This document shows, in pieces, positions 1 through 13,224 of a stretch of DNA of 64,000 bases. The stretch is from positions 310,001-374,000 of the forward strand of contig NW_027590224.1 in the NCBI RefSeq assembly GCF_964213995.1, given 5' to 3'. The notes under the pieces are model-generated. The model worked only from the letters and a program-made list of their open reading frames with translations. It was not told the origin of the DNA and did not search any database. Position numbers and translations under genes: made by a program. Origin of the DNA: Mustelus asterias (Eukaryota). How positions within the stretch are numbered: the first letter of the stretch is position 1; every line of letters begins with the position of its first letter.

Positions 1-3000
1 ATCTTTTCTGTATCCTCTCCAAAGCCTCAACATCCTTCTGGTAGTGTGGCAATCAGAACTGTGCACAATATTCCAAATGTGGGCGAACAAAAGTTCTATA
101 CAGCTGGAACATGACTAGATAATTTTTATACTCTGTGCCCCAACTGATGAAGGCAAGTGTGCCCTATGCCTTCTTGATCACCTTATCCACATCTGTTGCC
201 ACTTTCAGGGAACTGTGGACCTGTACACCTAGATCCCTCTGTATGTTAATACTTTAAGGGTTCTGCCATTTACTATATACTTCCCTCCTGCATTAGATCT
301 TTCAAAATGCATCACCTTGCAGTTGTCCAAATTAAATTCCTGGTGCCATTTCTCTACCCAAGTCTCCAGCCTTTCTATATCCTGCTGTATCCTCTGGCAT
401 CTGGCATCCTCCTCACTATCAGCTCCCCCAATCTTTGTGTTATCTGCAAACTTATTACTCAGGGCACCTACATTCTCCTCCAAATCATTTATATATATTA
501 TAAACAAGAAGAGTCCCAGCACTGATCCCTGCGGAATACCACTGGTCACAGATCTCCAGTCAGAAAAGCACTCTTCCATCGCTACTCTCTGTCTTCTATT
601 ACCAAACCAGTTCTGTATCCATCTTACTGCAGGTCACTGCAGGTCCTATGTGACTTTACCTGTATCAGCCTGCCATGAGGGATCTTGTCATAGGCCTTGC
701 CAAAGTCCATGTAGACAACATCCACTGTCCTGCCCTCATCAATCACCTTCGTCATTTCCTCAAAAAACACTCAAGTTTGTGAGACACAACCTTCCCCGCA
801 CAAAGCCATGCTGTCTATCACTAATAAGTCCATATTGTTCCAAATGTGAGTAAATCCTGTCCCTAAGAATCTTCTCCAATAATTACCTGACCACTGATGT
901 AAGGCTCATCGGCCTGTAGTTTCCTGGATTATCCTTGTTGCCCTTCTTAAACAAAGGAACAACATTGGTTATTCTCCAGTCCTCTGGAACCTCTCATGTG
1001 GCTAAAGAGGATACAAAGATTTCGTACAAGGTCCCAGCAATTTCTTCCCTCGCCTCCTTCAGTATTCTGTGATAGATTCCATCAGGTCCCGGGGGGGTTG
1101 TCTACCTTAATGCTTTTAAAAACAACCATCACGTTCTCTTTTTTATATCAACATGCCCTAGAGTATAACATACCCCTCTCTAGACTCACCATCCACCATG
1201 TCCTTCTCCTTCATGAATATCGATGCAAAGTATTCATTAAGGACCTCACCCATTTTCATCTGCTCCAAACTTATATTCCTTCCTCTGTCCTTGAGTGGAC
1301 CTACCCTTTCTCTAGCTACCCTCTTGTTCCTGATATACAAATAAAATGCCTCGGGATTTTCCTTAATCCTGTTTGCTAAGGACATTTCATGGCCCATTTT
1401 AGTCCTTCTAACTCATTGTTAGTTCTTTCCAGCTTTTTTTATATTCTTCGAGGACTCTGTTTGTCTTCACTTTCCTTTGATTTGATTTGATTTATTATTG
1501 TCACATGTATTAGCATACAGTGAAAAGTATTTTTTCTTGCGCGCTATGCAGACAAAGCATACCGTTCATAGAGAAGGAAGTTAGAAAGTGCAGAATGTAG
1601 TGTTACAGTCATAGCTAGGGTGTAGAGAAAGATCAACTTAATGCAAGGTAGGTCCATTCAAAAGTCTGATGGCAGCAGGGGAGAAGCTGTTCTTGAGTCG
1701 GTTGGTATGTGACATCAGATTTTTGTATTTGTTTCCCATTGGAAGAAGGTGGAAGAGAGAATGTCCGAGATGCGTAGGGTCCTTATTAAGCTGGCTTCTT
1801 TGCCAAGGCAGCGGGAAGTGTAGACTGAGTCAATGGATGGGAGGCTGGTTTGCGTGATGGATTGGGCTACATTAACAACCTTTTGTAATTTATTGCAGTC
1901 TTGGGCAGAGCAGGAGCCCAGACCAAGCTGTGATACAACCAGAAAGAATGCTTTCTATGGTGCATCTGTAAAAGTTGGTGAGAGTTGTAGCTGACATGCC
2001 AAATTTCCTTAGTCTTCTGAGAAAGTAGAGGCGTTGGCGGGTTTTCTTAACTATAGTGTCGGCATGGGGGGACAAGGACAGGGTGTTGGTGATCTGGACA
2101 CCTAAAAACTTGAAGCTGTCAATCCTTTCTACTTCGTCCCTGTTGATGTAGACAGGGGTATGTTCTCCTCTACGCTTCCTGAAGTCAATGACGATCTACT
2201 TCATTTTGTTGACATTAAGGGAGAGATTATTGTCGGTGCACCAGTTCACCAGATTCTCTATCTCATTCCTGTACTCTGTCTTATCATTCTTTGAGATCCA
2301 ACCCCTATAGTGCTGTCGTCAGCAAACCTGAAAATCGAGTTGGAGGGAAATTTGGCCGCACAGTCATAGGTGTATAAGGAGTATAGTACCTAAACCTTAC
2401 GAATGCCTCCTTTTTCTTTTTGACTAAGCTCACAATTTCTCTTGTCATCCAAGGTTCCTGAATCTTGCTTCCTTATCCTTCATTTTCATAGGAACATGCT
2501 GGTCCTGAACTCTAATCAACTGGCCCTTAAAAGATTCCCACATTACAGAGGTGGATTTACCCTCAAACAGTCGCCCCCAATCTACATTCCCCAGTTCCTG
2601 CCTAATATAATCATAGTTAGCCTTCCCCAGTTTAGTACTTTCACCCGAGGAATATTCTTATCCTTATCCATTAGTAACTTAAAACTTACAGAATTACGTT
2701 CCCGAAATGTTCCCCCCACTGAAACGTCGATCACCTGGCTGAGTTCATTCCCCAATACCAAGTCGAGTATGGCCCTTTCCCTCATTGGGCTACTTACATA
2801 TTGCTTCAAGAAACCCTCCTAGACATTTAGCAAATCCCCTCTCATCCAAGCCCCTGGTACTAAGGGAGTCATATCAATATGGGGGAAGTTAAAATCAACC
2901 GCCACAACAACCCTGTTGTTTTTACATTTTTCCATAATTTGTCCACTTATCTATTCCTTTATCTCTCACTAGCTATTGAGAGACCGATAGTACAACCCGA

Positions 3001-3035
3001 GCAAAGTGATTGCACCCTTCCTATTTCTGAGCTTG
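1..3035 (-). mobile_element. CR1 LINE, degenerate ORF2 (endonuclease to RT), interrupted by a Rex1/Babar insertion
   Basis: Minus-strand ORFs 229-579 (VTSGIPQGSVLG...KFADNTKIGG), 1158-1397 (ANRIKENPEAFY) and 2582-2809 (RERAILDLVLGNE) are typical CR1 ORF2 segments. Confidence 0.9.
1476..2388 (-). mobile_element. Rex1/Babar-type LINE, 3' portion, nested in CR1
   Basis: ORF 1890-2075 (QRLYFLRRLRKFG...FYRCTIESILSGCITAW) and a (TTTGA)n tail at 1476-1495. CR1 sequence resumes on both sides. Confidence 0.85.
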
Positions 3036-3270
3036 ACTGAATGTGAAACTGGGCAGGAAGTGTGAGTGTTAGAATGTCTGTTTACTCTGACTGCTGCTGC
3101 ACTGTGGTCATTGTGACTTCTCATTAATATAAGATTCTCTGAACTCCTCCATCTCAGCGGTTTAGAGAATGAATTCCAGAACTGAGGAGCCAGGCAGATG
3201 AAGATAATGGTGGGGTGAGGTAAATCAAGGGATACTCCAGATACCAGAATTGGAGGAACACAGAAATCTC

Positions 3271-5879
3271 GGAGGGTTGTAGGGGCTAGAGGAGGTTACA
3301 GAGATACGGAAGAGTGTAGGGACTGGAGGAGGTTACAGAGATAGGGAGGGGTATAGGGCTGGAGGAAGTTACAGAGATAGGGAAGGTTGTCGGGGCTGGA
3401 GGAGGTTACAGAATAGGGAGGGTTGTAGGGGCTGGAGGAGGTCACAGAGATAGGGAGGGGTGTACGGGCTGGAAGAGGGTACAGAGATAGGGAGGGTTGT
3501 AGGGATTAGAGGAGGTTACAGAGATAGGGAGGGGTGTAGGGGTTGGGGGAGGTTACAGAGATAGGGAGGGTTGTAGGGACTGGAGGAGGTTATAGAGATA
3601 GGGAGGGTTGTAGGGGCTGGAGGAGGTTACAGAGATAGGGAGGGGTGTAGGGCCTGGAGGACGTTACAGAGATAGGGAGGGTTGTAGAGGCTGAAGGAAG
3701 TTACAGAGATACGAAGGGTTGTAGGGGCTGGAGGAGGTTACAGAGATAGGGGTGTAGGGGCTGGAGGAGGTTACAGAGATAGGGAGGGTTGTAGGGGCTG
3801 GAGCTGGTTACAGAGATAGGGTTGTAGGGACTGGAGGAAGTTACAGAGATAAGGAGGGTTGTAGGGGCTGGAGGAGATTACAGAGATAGGGAGGGTTGTA
3901 GGGACTGGAGCAGGTTACAGAGATAGGGAGGGTTGTAGGGACTGGAGGAAGTTACAGAGATAAGGAGGGGTGTATGGGCTGGCGCACGTTACAGAGATAG
4001 AGAGGTGTGTAGGAGCTGGAGGAGGTTACAGAGATAGGGAGGGTTGTAGGGGCTGGAGGAGATTACAGAGATAGGGAGGGTTGTAGGGGCTGGAGCAGGT
4101 TACAGAGATAGGGAGGGTTGTAGGGACTGGAGGAAGTTACAGTGATAGGGAAGGTGGTCGGGGCTGGAGGAGGTTACAGAGATAGGGAGTGTTGTAGGGG
4201 CTGGAGGATGTTAGAGAGATAGGGAGGGTTGTAGGGACTGGAGGAGGTTACAGAGATAGGGAGGGTTGTAGGGGCTGGAGGAGATTACAGAGATAGGGAG
4301 GGTTGAAGGGGCTGGGGGAGGTTCCAGAGATAGGGAGGGGTGTTGGGGCTGGAGGAGGTTCCAGAGATAGGGAGGGTTGTAGGGGCTGGAGGACGTTACA
4401 GAGAGAGGGAGGGTTGTTGGGGCTGAAGGACGTTACAGAGATAGGGAGGGTTGTAGGGGCTGTTGGAGGTTACAGAGATAGAGGTGTAGGGGCTGGAGGA
4501 GATTACAGAGATAGGGAGGGTTGTAGGGGCTGGAGGAGGTTAGAGAGATAGGGAAGGTTGTCAGGGCTGGAGGAAGTTACAGAGATAGGGAGTGTTGTAG
4601 GGGCTGCAGGAGGTTACAGAATAGGGAGGGTTGTAGGGGCTGGAGGACGTTACAGAATAGGGAGGGTTGCAGAGGCTGGAGGAGGTTACAGAGGTAGGGA
4701 ATGGTGTAGAGGCTGGAGGACGTTACAGGGATAGGGAGGGTTGTAGGGGCTGGAGGAGGTTACAGAGATAGGGAGGGGTGTAGGGGCTGGAGGACATTAC
4801 AGAGATAGCGAGGGTTGTTGGGGCTGGAGGAGGTTACAGAGATAGGGAGTGGTGTAGGGGCTGGAGGACGTTACAGAGATAGGGAGGGTTGTAGGGGTTG
4901 GAGGAGGCTACATAGATAGGGGTGTGGGGGCTGGAGGAGATTACTGAGATAGGGAGGCTTGTCAGGGCTGGAGGAGGTTACAGAGATAGGGAGGAGTGTA
5001 GGGACTGTAGGAAGTTACAGAGATAGGGTTGTCGGGGCTGGAGGAGGTTACAGAGATGGAGAGGGGAATAGGGGCTGGAGGAGGTTACAGAATAGGGAGG
5101 GTTGCAGAGGCTGGAGGAGGTTACAGAATAGGGAGGGTTGTAGTGGCTGGAAGAGGTTACAGAGGTAGGGAATGGTGTAGAGGCTGGAGGACGTTACAGG
5201 GATAGGGAGGGTTGTAGGGGCTGGAGGAGATTACTGAGATAGGGAGGGTTGTCGGGGCTGGAGGAGGTTACAGAGATAGGGAGGGTTGTCGGGGCTGGAG
5301 GAGGTTACAGAGATAGGGAGTGGTGTAGGGGCTGGAGGACGTTACAGAGATAGGGTTGTAGAGGCTGAAGGATGTTACAGAGATAGGGGGGGCTGTAGGG
5401 GTTGGAGGAGGCTACATAGATAGGGATGTGGGGGCTGGAGGAGATTACTGAGATAGGGAGGGTTGTCGGGGCTGGAGGAGGTTACAGAGATAGGGAGGAG
5501 TGTAGGGACTGTAGGAAGTTACAGAGATAGGGTTGTCGGGGCTGGAGGAGGTTACAGAGATGGGGAGGGGAATAGGGGCTGGAGGAGGTTACAGAATAGG
5601 GAGGGTTGTAGGGGCTGGAGGAGGTTACAGAATCGGGAGGGTTGTAGGGGCTGTTTGAGGTTTCATAGATAGGGAGGGGTGTAGCGGCTGGAAGTGGGTT
5701 CAGAGATAGGGAGGGTTGCAGGGACTGGAGGAGGTTACAGAGATAGGGAGGGGTGTAAGGGCTGGAGGAGGTTACAGAGATAGGGAGGGTTGTAGGGGCT
5801 GGAGGAGGTTATAGAGATAGGGTGTAGGGGCTGGAGGAGGTTACAGAGATAGGGTGTGTTGTCGGGGCTGGAGGAGGTT
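3271..5879. repeat. 37-bp G-rich minisatellite, about 70 units, with a ~504-bp higher-order duplication
   Basis: Unit GAGATAGGGAGGGTTGTAGGGGCTGGAGGAGGTTACA. ORFs 4959-5168 and 5463-5672 are near-identical at a 504-bp offset. Confidence 0.97.
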
Positions 5880-6594
5880 TGTGGTGATACTATACCTTTA
5901 AGAAATGTATTTATACCATGTTTCTTGTCAGGTGTATGTTTAACATTCAGCTGTTTTTCATGGTTCCGATTTGTCTGCACCAGCCAGCCCACATGCTGAG
6001 AATGCGGGCTAATGATTGACCTTAGCTCCGGATGTGTTGTTTTAATCTGAGTTCATGCATATTTGTTTATTTTGGTTTCCCCTGGGGTTCAGAATCGGGT
6101 TTTGATCAGGGGTTGATTGACAGAGGCAGATCATGTGATTCGGCAGGTCTGAGCTTGCAGGGAAAAGCACAATTCTCTTTGATTTTAAACAGTCAGTTTC
6201 TGCTTGGTCCTGAAAGAGCAAGAGGTGTCACTCATTGTCTCCCTTTCTCCAGAGCTGTTCAAAAAGCTCTAAGACTGTTAAGAAGCACAAACATACCTGC
6301 GTGTCAGAGTTCAAGTCTCTCAGAGAAATGTTGTTTGATAGAGATAGGTCAGCAGTTAGGAATTGTATCTTGTCATGTTTAAATATTTCAACTTATAAAA
6401 TTTACACTAATTTATTCATGAACGTTAAACTGTGTTGTTAAATAAAGTTTGTTTTAATAGAAGCTTCCTCGTGTGTCAGTAGAATCACAGCAGATAAGGA
6501 GTGAGACACCTCACACTAATGCCAAAATACAAAAACCTGGGATCTAGCTGGGCTTCATAACATACTTTGCAGTTTCTGCTCTGGTACTCTGACA
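5880..6594 (+). mobile_element. 5' LTR of the Gmr1-type Gypsy element
   Basis: TG...CA ends and AATAAA near 6441. Followed by TGGGGGCTC (tRNA-Pro-like primer-binding site) at about 6600. Start resembles the solo LTRs at 16037 and 38749. Confidence 0.8.
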
Positions 6595-7892
6595 AAAACT
6601 GGGGGCTCTGACGGCATTAAAAACTATAATTCCTTGTTTGGTTTGGGATTATTGAACTCAAAGACAGTGGATGTTGAGTATTGGTGTTTTCTTTCCAGGT
6701 ATTGTTTTCGGTTCGTGTAATAAGGGGCTCTTTCAATGGCTAAAGTTTTTCTGGGTGTGAAATCACTCATTCGGAGCGGTTTACAAAAGATGGTCAAACC
6801 AAGGCTTTTGGAATTGGCAAACAAGCTGCAGTTGACTTTGCCTGAAGGGTGAAAAGGTGGAGTTATTCACTGTGATAGCTCAACATTTAAAATCACCAGT
6901 AACACAGTCAGAAGCATTGAGATTAGCTAGAATTCAGTTACAAATGAAATAGCTGGCATTAGAAGCAAAAGAAAGGCAGAGAATGATAATTTCAGCAGAA
7001 CAAAGAGAGAACGAATTAAAGGAAGCAAAATTGTGACAGTTTGAATTGCAATTAACAGCAGCAGAAAAAGAAAGAATAGCAATTGCAGAACGAACTGCAA
7101 CAAAGAGAGAAAAAAGGGAGAGAGATTTTGAACTTCAGAAAATGGAACTGAAAAGTGAGCTTAAACTGGTGGAGGCAAAGATAAAGGTTGGAAGTTATGA
7201 TGAGGGTAGTGAGGAAACACAAACCCATTAGAGTTAGAGGTCTGATGAGGATCTGTTTAAATATGTTCAAGCACTGCTAAGGTTTGATGAGAAGGATGTA
7301 GAAGCCTTTTTCATTTCATTTGAGAAAGTAGTTAAACAATAAAATGGCCACAAATCATGTGGGTATTGTTGGTTCAAACGAAGTTGGCAGGTAGAGCTAG
7401 TGAGGTGTTTGCACCACCATCAGAGGAGGTATCTATGGATTATGATGAGGTGAATAAAGCCATCTTAGGTGCATATGAACTAGTGCCAGCAGCCTACAAA
7501 CAGGCTTAGAAATCAAAAGAAGGAACCAGGTCAAACTTATATAGCATTTGAAAGAATCAAACAAAGTAACTTGGACAGGTGGATAAGAGCACTGAAAATA
7601 GACCAGACATTTGGCACTCTTAGGGAAATGGTTATTTTAGAGGAGTTTAAAAATTAACTTCCCGAAGTAATGAGATCTCACGCGGAAGAGCAGAAGGTTA
7701 AAACTGCAAGACTGGCAGCAGAAATGGCAGAAGATTCTGAGTTGGTGCATAAATCAAGATTTGGGTTTCGACATCAATTTCAATCTGTGAGGGATAGAAA
7801 CTGGGGAAAAGAGAAATCATCAGGAGTAAAGGCAAAGGAGATTTTATTGGAGATAGTAAAGATAGTTTACCTCAGGTTAAAAATGAAACATA

Positions 7893-10635
7893 TGAACATA
7901 GAACATAACAGCGCAGTGAAGGCCCTTCGGCCCTCGATGTTGCGCCAACCTGAGAAACCAATCTAAAGCCCATCTAACCTACACTATTCCAATATCATCC
8001 ATATGTTTATCTAATGACCATTTAAATGCCCTTAATGTTGGCGAGTCCACTACTGTTGCAGGCAGGGCATTCCACGCCCTTACTACTCTCTGAGTAAAGA
8101 ATCTACCTCTTACATCTGTCCTATATCTATCACCCCTCAATTTAAAGCTATGTCCCCTCGTGCAAGCATCACCATCCGAGGGAAAAGGCTCTCACTGTCC
8201 ACCCTATCTAATCCTCTGATCATCTTGTATGCCTCTATTAAGTCACCTCTTAACCATCTTCTCTCTAACGAAAACAGCCTCAAATCCCTCAGCCTTTCCT
8301 CATAAGACCTTCCCTCCATACCAGGCAACATCCTGGTAAATCTCCTCTGCACCCTTTCCAATGCTTCGACATCCTTCCTATAATGTGGCGACCGCACCAG
8401 AGTTTTATACAGCTCTGGTGCGGCCAGAGTTAAGAAGAGCCAGGAGGGGACATGAGAAGCCTTTGGCAGGTAGGATCAAGGAAAACCCTAAAGCTTTCTA
8501 TAGGTTTGTCAGGAGTAAAAGAATGACAAGGGTAAGATTAGGGCCAGTCAAGGACAGGAGTGGGAAGTTGTGCGTGGAGTCTGAAGAGATAGGAGAGGCA
8601 CTAAATGAATATATTTCGTCGGTATTCACACTTGAGAGGGACAGTGTTGTTGAGGGGAGTACTGAGATGCAGGCTGTTGGACTGGATGGGATTGATGTTC
8701 ATAAGGAAAAGGTGTTAGCAATTCTGGAAAGGGTAAAAATAGATAGGTCCCCTGGGCCGGATGGGATTTATCCTAGGATTCTCTGGGAGGCTAGAAAGGA
8801 GATTGCAGAGCCTTTGGCTTTGATCTTTGTGTCGTCATTGTCTACAGGAACAGTGCCAGAAGACTGGAGGATAGCAAATGTTGTCCCCTTGTTCAAGAAG
8901 GGGAGTAGGGACAATCCTGGTAATTATAGACCGGTGAGCCTTACTTCTGTTGTGGGCAAAGTATTGGAAAGGATTATAGGAGATAGGATTTATAATCACC
9001 TAGAAAGGAATAATTTGATTAGGGATAGTCAGCACGGTTTTGTGAAGGGTAGGTCATGCCTCACAAACCTTATTGAGTTCTTTGAGAAGGTGACCAAAGA
9101 GGTGGATGAGGGTAAAGTGGTTGATGTGGTGTACATGGATTTCAGCAAAGCGTTTGATAAGGTTCCCCATGGTAAGCTTTTACAGAAAATACGGACACAT
9201 GGGATTGAGGGTGATTTAGTGGTTTGGATCAGGAATTGGCTAGCTGTCAGAAAACAAAGGGTGGTGGTTGATGGGAAATATTCATCCTGGAGTTCAGTTA
9301 CTAGTGGTGTACCGCAAGGATTTGTTTTGGGGCCACTGCTGTTTGTCATTTTTATTAATGACTTGGATGAGGGCGTGGAAGGATGGATTAGTAAATTTGC
9401 GGATGACACTAAAGTCGGTGGAGTTGTAGACAGTGTGGAGGGAAGTGGCAGGTTACAGAGGGACATAGATAAGCTGCAGAGCTGGGCTGAGAGGTGGCAA
9501 ATGGAGTTTAATGCGGAAAAGTGTGAGGTGGTTCACTTTGGAAGGAGTAACAGGAATACAGAGTACTGGGCTAATGGTAAGATACTTGGTAGTGTGGATG
9601 AACAGAGGGATCTGGGTGTCCATGTGCATAGATCCCTGAAAGTTGGCACCCAGGTTGATAGGGTTGTTAAGAAGGCATATGGTGTGTTAGCTTTTATTGG
9701 TAGAGAGATTGAGTTTCGGAGCCAGGAGGTCATGCTGCAACTGTACAAAACTCTGGTGCGGCCGCATTTGGAGTATTGCGTACAGTTCTGGTCGCCGTAT
9801 TATAGGAAAGATGTGGAAGTGTTGGAAAGGGTGCAGAGGAGATTTACCAGGATGTTGCCTGGGATGGTGGGAAAATCGTATGAGGAAAGGCTGAGGGGCT
9901 TGAGGTTGTTTTCGTTAGAGAGAAGAAGGTTAAGAGGTGACTTGATAGAGGCATACAAGATGATCAGAGGATTAGATAGGGTGGATAGTGAGAGCCTTTT
10001 TCCTTGGATGGTGTTGGCTAGCACGAGGGGACATAGCTTTAAATTGAGGGATGAGAGATATAGGACAGATGTTAGAGGTAGGTTCTTTACTCAGAGAGTA
10101 GTAAGGGCGTGGAATGCCCTGCCTGCAGCAGTGGTGGACTCGTCAACGTTGAGAGCGTTCAAGTGGTTATTGGATAAACATATGGATGATATTGGAATAG
10201 TGTAGATTAGAGGGGCTTTAGATTGGTACCACTGGTCGGCGCAACATCGAGGGCCGAACGGCCTGTACTGCGCTGTAATGTTCTATGTTCTAACATGACC
10301 TCAAGGCTTCAAAACTCAATCCCTTTACCAATAAAAGATAACACACCATACGCGTTCTTAACAACCCTATCAACCTAGATGCCAACTTTCAGGGATCTAT
10401 GCACATGGACACCGAGATCTCTCTGCTCATCCACCCTACCAAGTATCTTACCATTAGCCCAGTACACTGTATTCCTGTTACTCCTTCCACAGTGAATCAC
10501 CTCACACTTTTCCGCATTAAACTCCATTTGCCACCTCTCAGCCCAGCTCTGCAGCTTATCTATGTCCCTCTGTAACCTGCAACATTCTTCCGCACTATCC
10601 ACACCTCCACCGACTTTAGTGTCACCGACTTTAGT
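7893..10635 (-). mobile_element. CR1 3' fragment (minus) inserted in Gypsy gag, itself split by a plus-strand CR1
   Basis: 3' tail (GAACATA)n at 7893. Minus ORFs 8137-8397 and 10375-10692 are contiguous parts of the CR1 RT C-terminus. Gypsy sequence resumes at TGAAGGTGGAAGAG. Confidence 0.85.
8431..10292 (+). mobile_element. Young 5'-truncated CR1 LINE with an uninterrupted RT ORF
   Basis: 614-aa ORF 8361-10205 with NYRPVSLTS, QHGF, YMDFSKAFDKV, GVPQG and KFADDTK motifs. No endonuclease domain. 3' tail ATGTTCTATGTTCTA. Confidence 0.95.
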
Positions 10636-12886
10636 GAAGGTGGAAGAGAAATTTAAAACCTCAGATATTTTCATTGTAACAAATTTGGACACACAAAGTT
10701 GCAGTGTTGGTGTTTTAAGAAAAGCACTGGGAAGACAGAGGTGGTAAAACAGGATAAGCCAGCAGGGCTTGTTATGGTGCTAAAAGATGCCACAGTTGAA
10801 ACTGAAGAGGTGCAAAAGAATGTACAGCCTGTTCAGGGATTGGTTGGTTAAAAAAAGTGCCAGATTTCTTTAAAGAATTTACTTGTGTGGGTAAAGTTAC
10901 TCATGTGCTTGGAGGAATAGGTAAAGAAGTTAAAATTTAAAGAGATATGGGAGCAAGTCAATCTTTAATGTTGAGAGATAAGGAGATATGTAGTTTGGAA
11001 AGAGTATTGCCAGAAAAGGTGGTAGCGTGTGGAATTCATGGTGAAAAGAATCGTATTCCATTATGTAAGGTACGGTTGGAGAGTCCGGTTAAAAGTGATG
11101 AAGTGGTGGTAGGAGTAATAGAGAAATTATTTTTTTCAGGGATTCAGTTAATCCTGGGTAATGATATAACTAGATCACAGTGATACCTACTGAAGTTGAA
11201 AAGCCAATGGAAAATCAAACAAGATCACAAAGCCACAGGTTGAGACTGGAGGAGGAGAAATTGGAGAGTAAAGATAAGGAGGTTGAGGTACAGTTATCAG
11301 AAAAAATCTTTGACCAGATGGTTGATCAAGAACAGGAGGCGGATCAAGCGGATATCTTTAGTTCAGGGAAGTTGGCAGAATTACAACTGAAAGATGCAGA
11401 GATAAAGTAGTATCAGAAAGCATAGACAGAAGGAGAATCTGAGTGTATACTGGAATATTATTACATTAGAAATAATGTCTTAATGAGGAAGTGGAGATCT
11501 TTACATATTCAGGCAGATGAAAAATGGGCAGAAGTTCATCAAGTTGCATTACCGGTGGGTTATAGAAAGGTTTTGCAGGTGGCATATGAGGTTCCAATAG
11601 GAGGTCATTTGGGAGTAAGGAAAACTCAGGCAAAAATAGAAAAATTCTTTTATTGGCCTGGACTGCATAGGGAAGTGTTGAATTTTGCCAGATGTTTCTC
11701 GCATGTCAGGTGACAGGAAAACATCAAGCGGGCATCAAACCAGCACCTTTAATACCCATTCCCACATTTGAAGAACCTTTCACGAGGATCCTAACTGATT
11801 GTGTGGGACCCCTGCCCAAAATGAAATGTGAGAATCATATCTGTTGACCATAATGGATGTGTCTACTAGATTTCCTGAGGCCTTTGCATTACGTAATATA
11901 ACAGCGAAAATGATTGTCGAGGAATCACTTAAAGCTTCTACCGGATGGGGACTGTCCACAGAAATCCAATAAGATCAAGGATCCAATTTTATGGCAAAGT
12001 TATTTCGGGAAGTTATGGATAGCTTAGGAGTAAGGCAATTTGAAACAACTGCATATTATCCAGAATCACAGGGAGCATTAGAACTGTGTCAAACTTTGAA
12101 GACCATGTTGAGGGCCTGTAGTCAGGGTTATCCAGAAAATTGGGACAAAGAAATTCCATTTGTACTTTTTGCAATTACAGATGCACCTCCTGAAGCAACA
12201 AAATTCAAACCATTTGAATTGATTTTTGGTCATGAGAGGATCATTTAAATTGATCAAGGAGCAATTTGGTGAGTCAGTGTTCTGAGACTACATTGTTGAG
12301 ACTACATTATTGGACTATGTGTCAAATTTTAGGGAGAGATTAGCTCAGGCTGGAGAGTTGGCTCGACAGCATTTAAAAGGGGCACACCAGGCGATAAAAA
12401 AGCAGATAAGAGATCAAATATTCACAGTTTTGTTAGCGGGGAGAAAGTATTAGTACTATTACCAGTGGTAGGTGAACCATTAGAAGCAAGATTTAATCTG
12501 TCTTATCAAATTGAAAAAAGATTAATTGAGGTGAATTATTTGATAAGAAGGCAGATAGAAAGAAGAATCACAGAGTGTGGCATATTAATATATTTTAATA
12601 GAGAAGGACAGCAGAAGCAGGATGTGTTAATTGTTACAGCTCAGAGAGAAAAGATAAATCCAGATGATTCTGAATTTGACATTCCTCAAGTCAAATTGGA
12701 CAATGAGGAAGTAATCAGAAATTGGGATAAATTACTGAGTTACCTTCCAGAGGGTTACAATCGTGTAGAGCTATATGTAGGAACAAACTGGGAAATACCA
12801 AAGTAATTGTGCATGATGTAGATGTAGGAAATGTTGTTCCAATTTAACAACATACGTATCAACTTATTCCACTCAAGTTTGCAAAG

Positions 12887-13224
12887 GCTCAGGAGAAGCT
12901 GACATTTACTCAGACTGAGATGCAGCAGCTGGAAGTTTCAATCAAACACTACGATGGACTGGCTGATAGTTACAAATCTCGGTTAATGAAGACACAAATG
13001 GAGACATGAAATTGACAAATACAGAAAAGGAGAACAAGCTATTGGACGATGAATAAGGAAAGTAAGCAGGTATGGAGACAGATGCAAGAAAAGTTGCTGA
13101 TTTGGAGCCTGTTCCTGAGTTGTTGAAATTAACTGAGCATGAACTGCAGGACTGTCAACAGCAGCTTGTCATCTATAAGAACAAAAATGTAGATCAGTTG
13201 GTAGTCATATGTGATCTCAAGGTG
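12887..13224 (+). pseudogene. ODF2: Intron-less ODF2(-like) mRNA fragment captured inside the Gypsy element
   Basis: Translates (with frameshifts) to AQEKLTFTQTEMQQLEVSIKHYDGLADSYKSRLMKTQME...EKENKLL..MNKESKQVWRQMQEKL/ADLEPVPELLKLTEHELQDCQQQLVIYKNKNVDQLVVICDLK. This matches recalled ODF2 LEVQQLKASVKNYEGMIDNYKSQVMKTRLE...KENKILKDEMNKEIEAARRQFQSQLADLQQLPDILKITEAKLAECQDQLQGYERKNIDLTAIISDLR. ODF2L paralog not excluded. Confidence 0.8.

Noticed and set aside
3036-3130. ETS-like site plus hydrophobic leader-like peptide
   Set aside because: No in-frame ATG or convincing donor site; cannot be linked to a gene.
8361-10205. 614-aa RT ORF as a host gene or novel RT system
   Set aside because: Ordinary 5'-truncated CR1 ORF2. 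Its ATG comes from the antisense strand of the neighbouring CR1.
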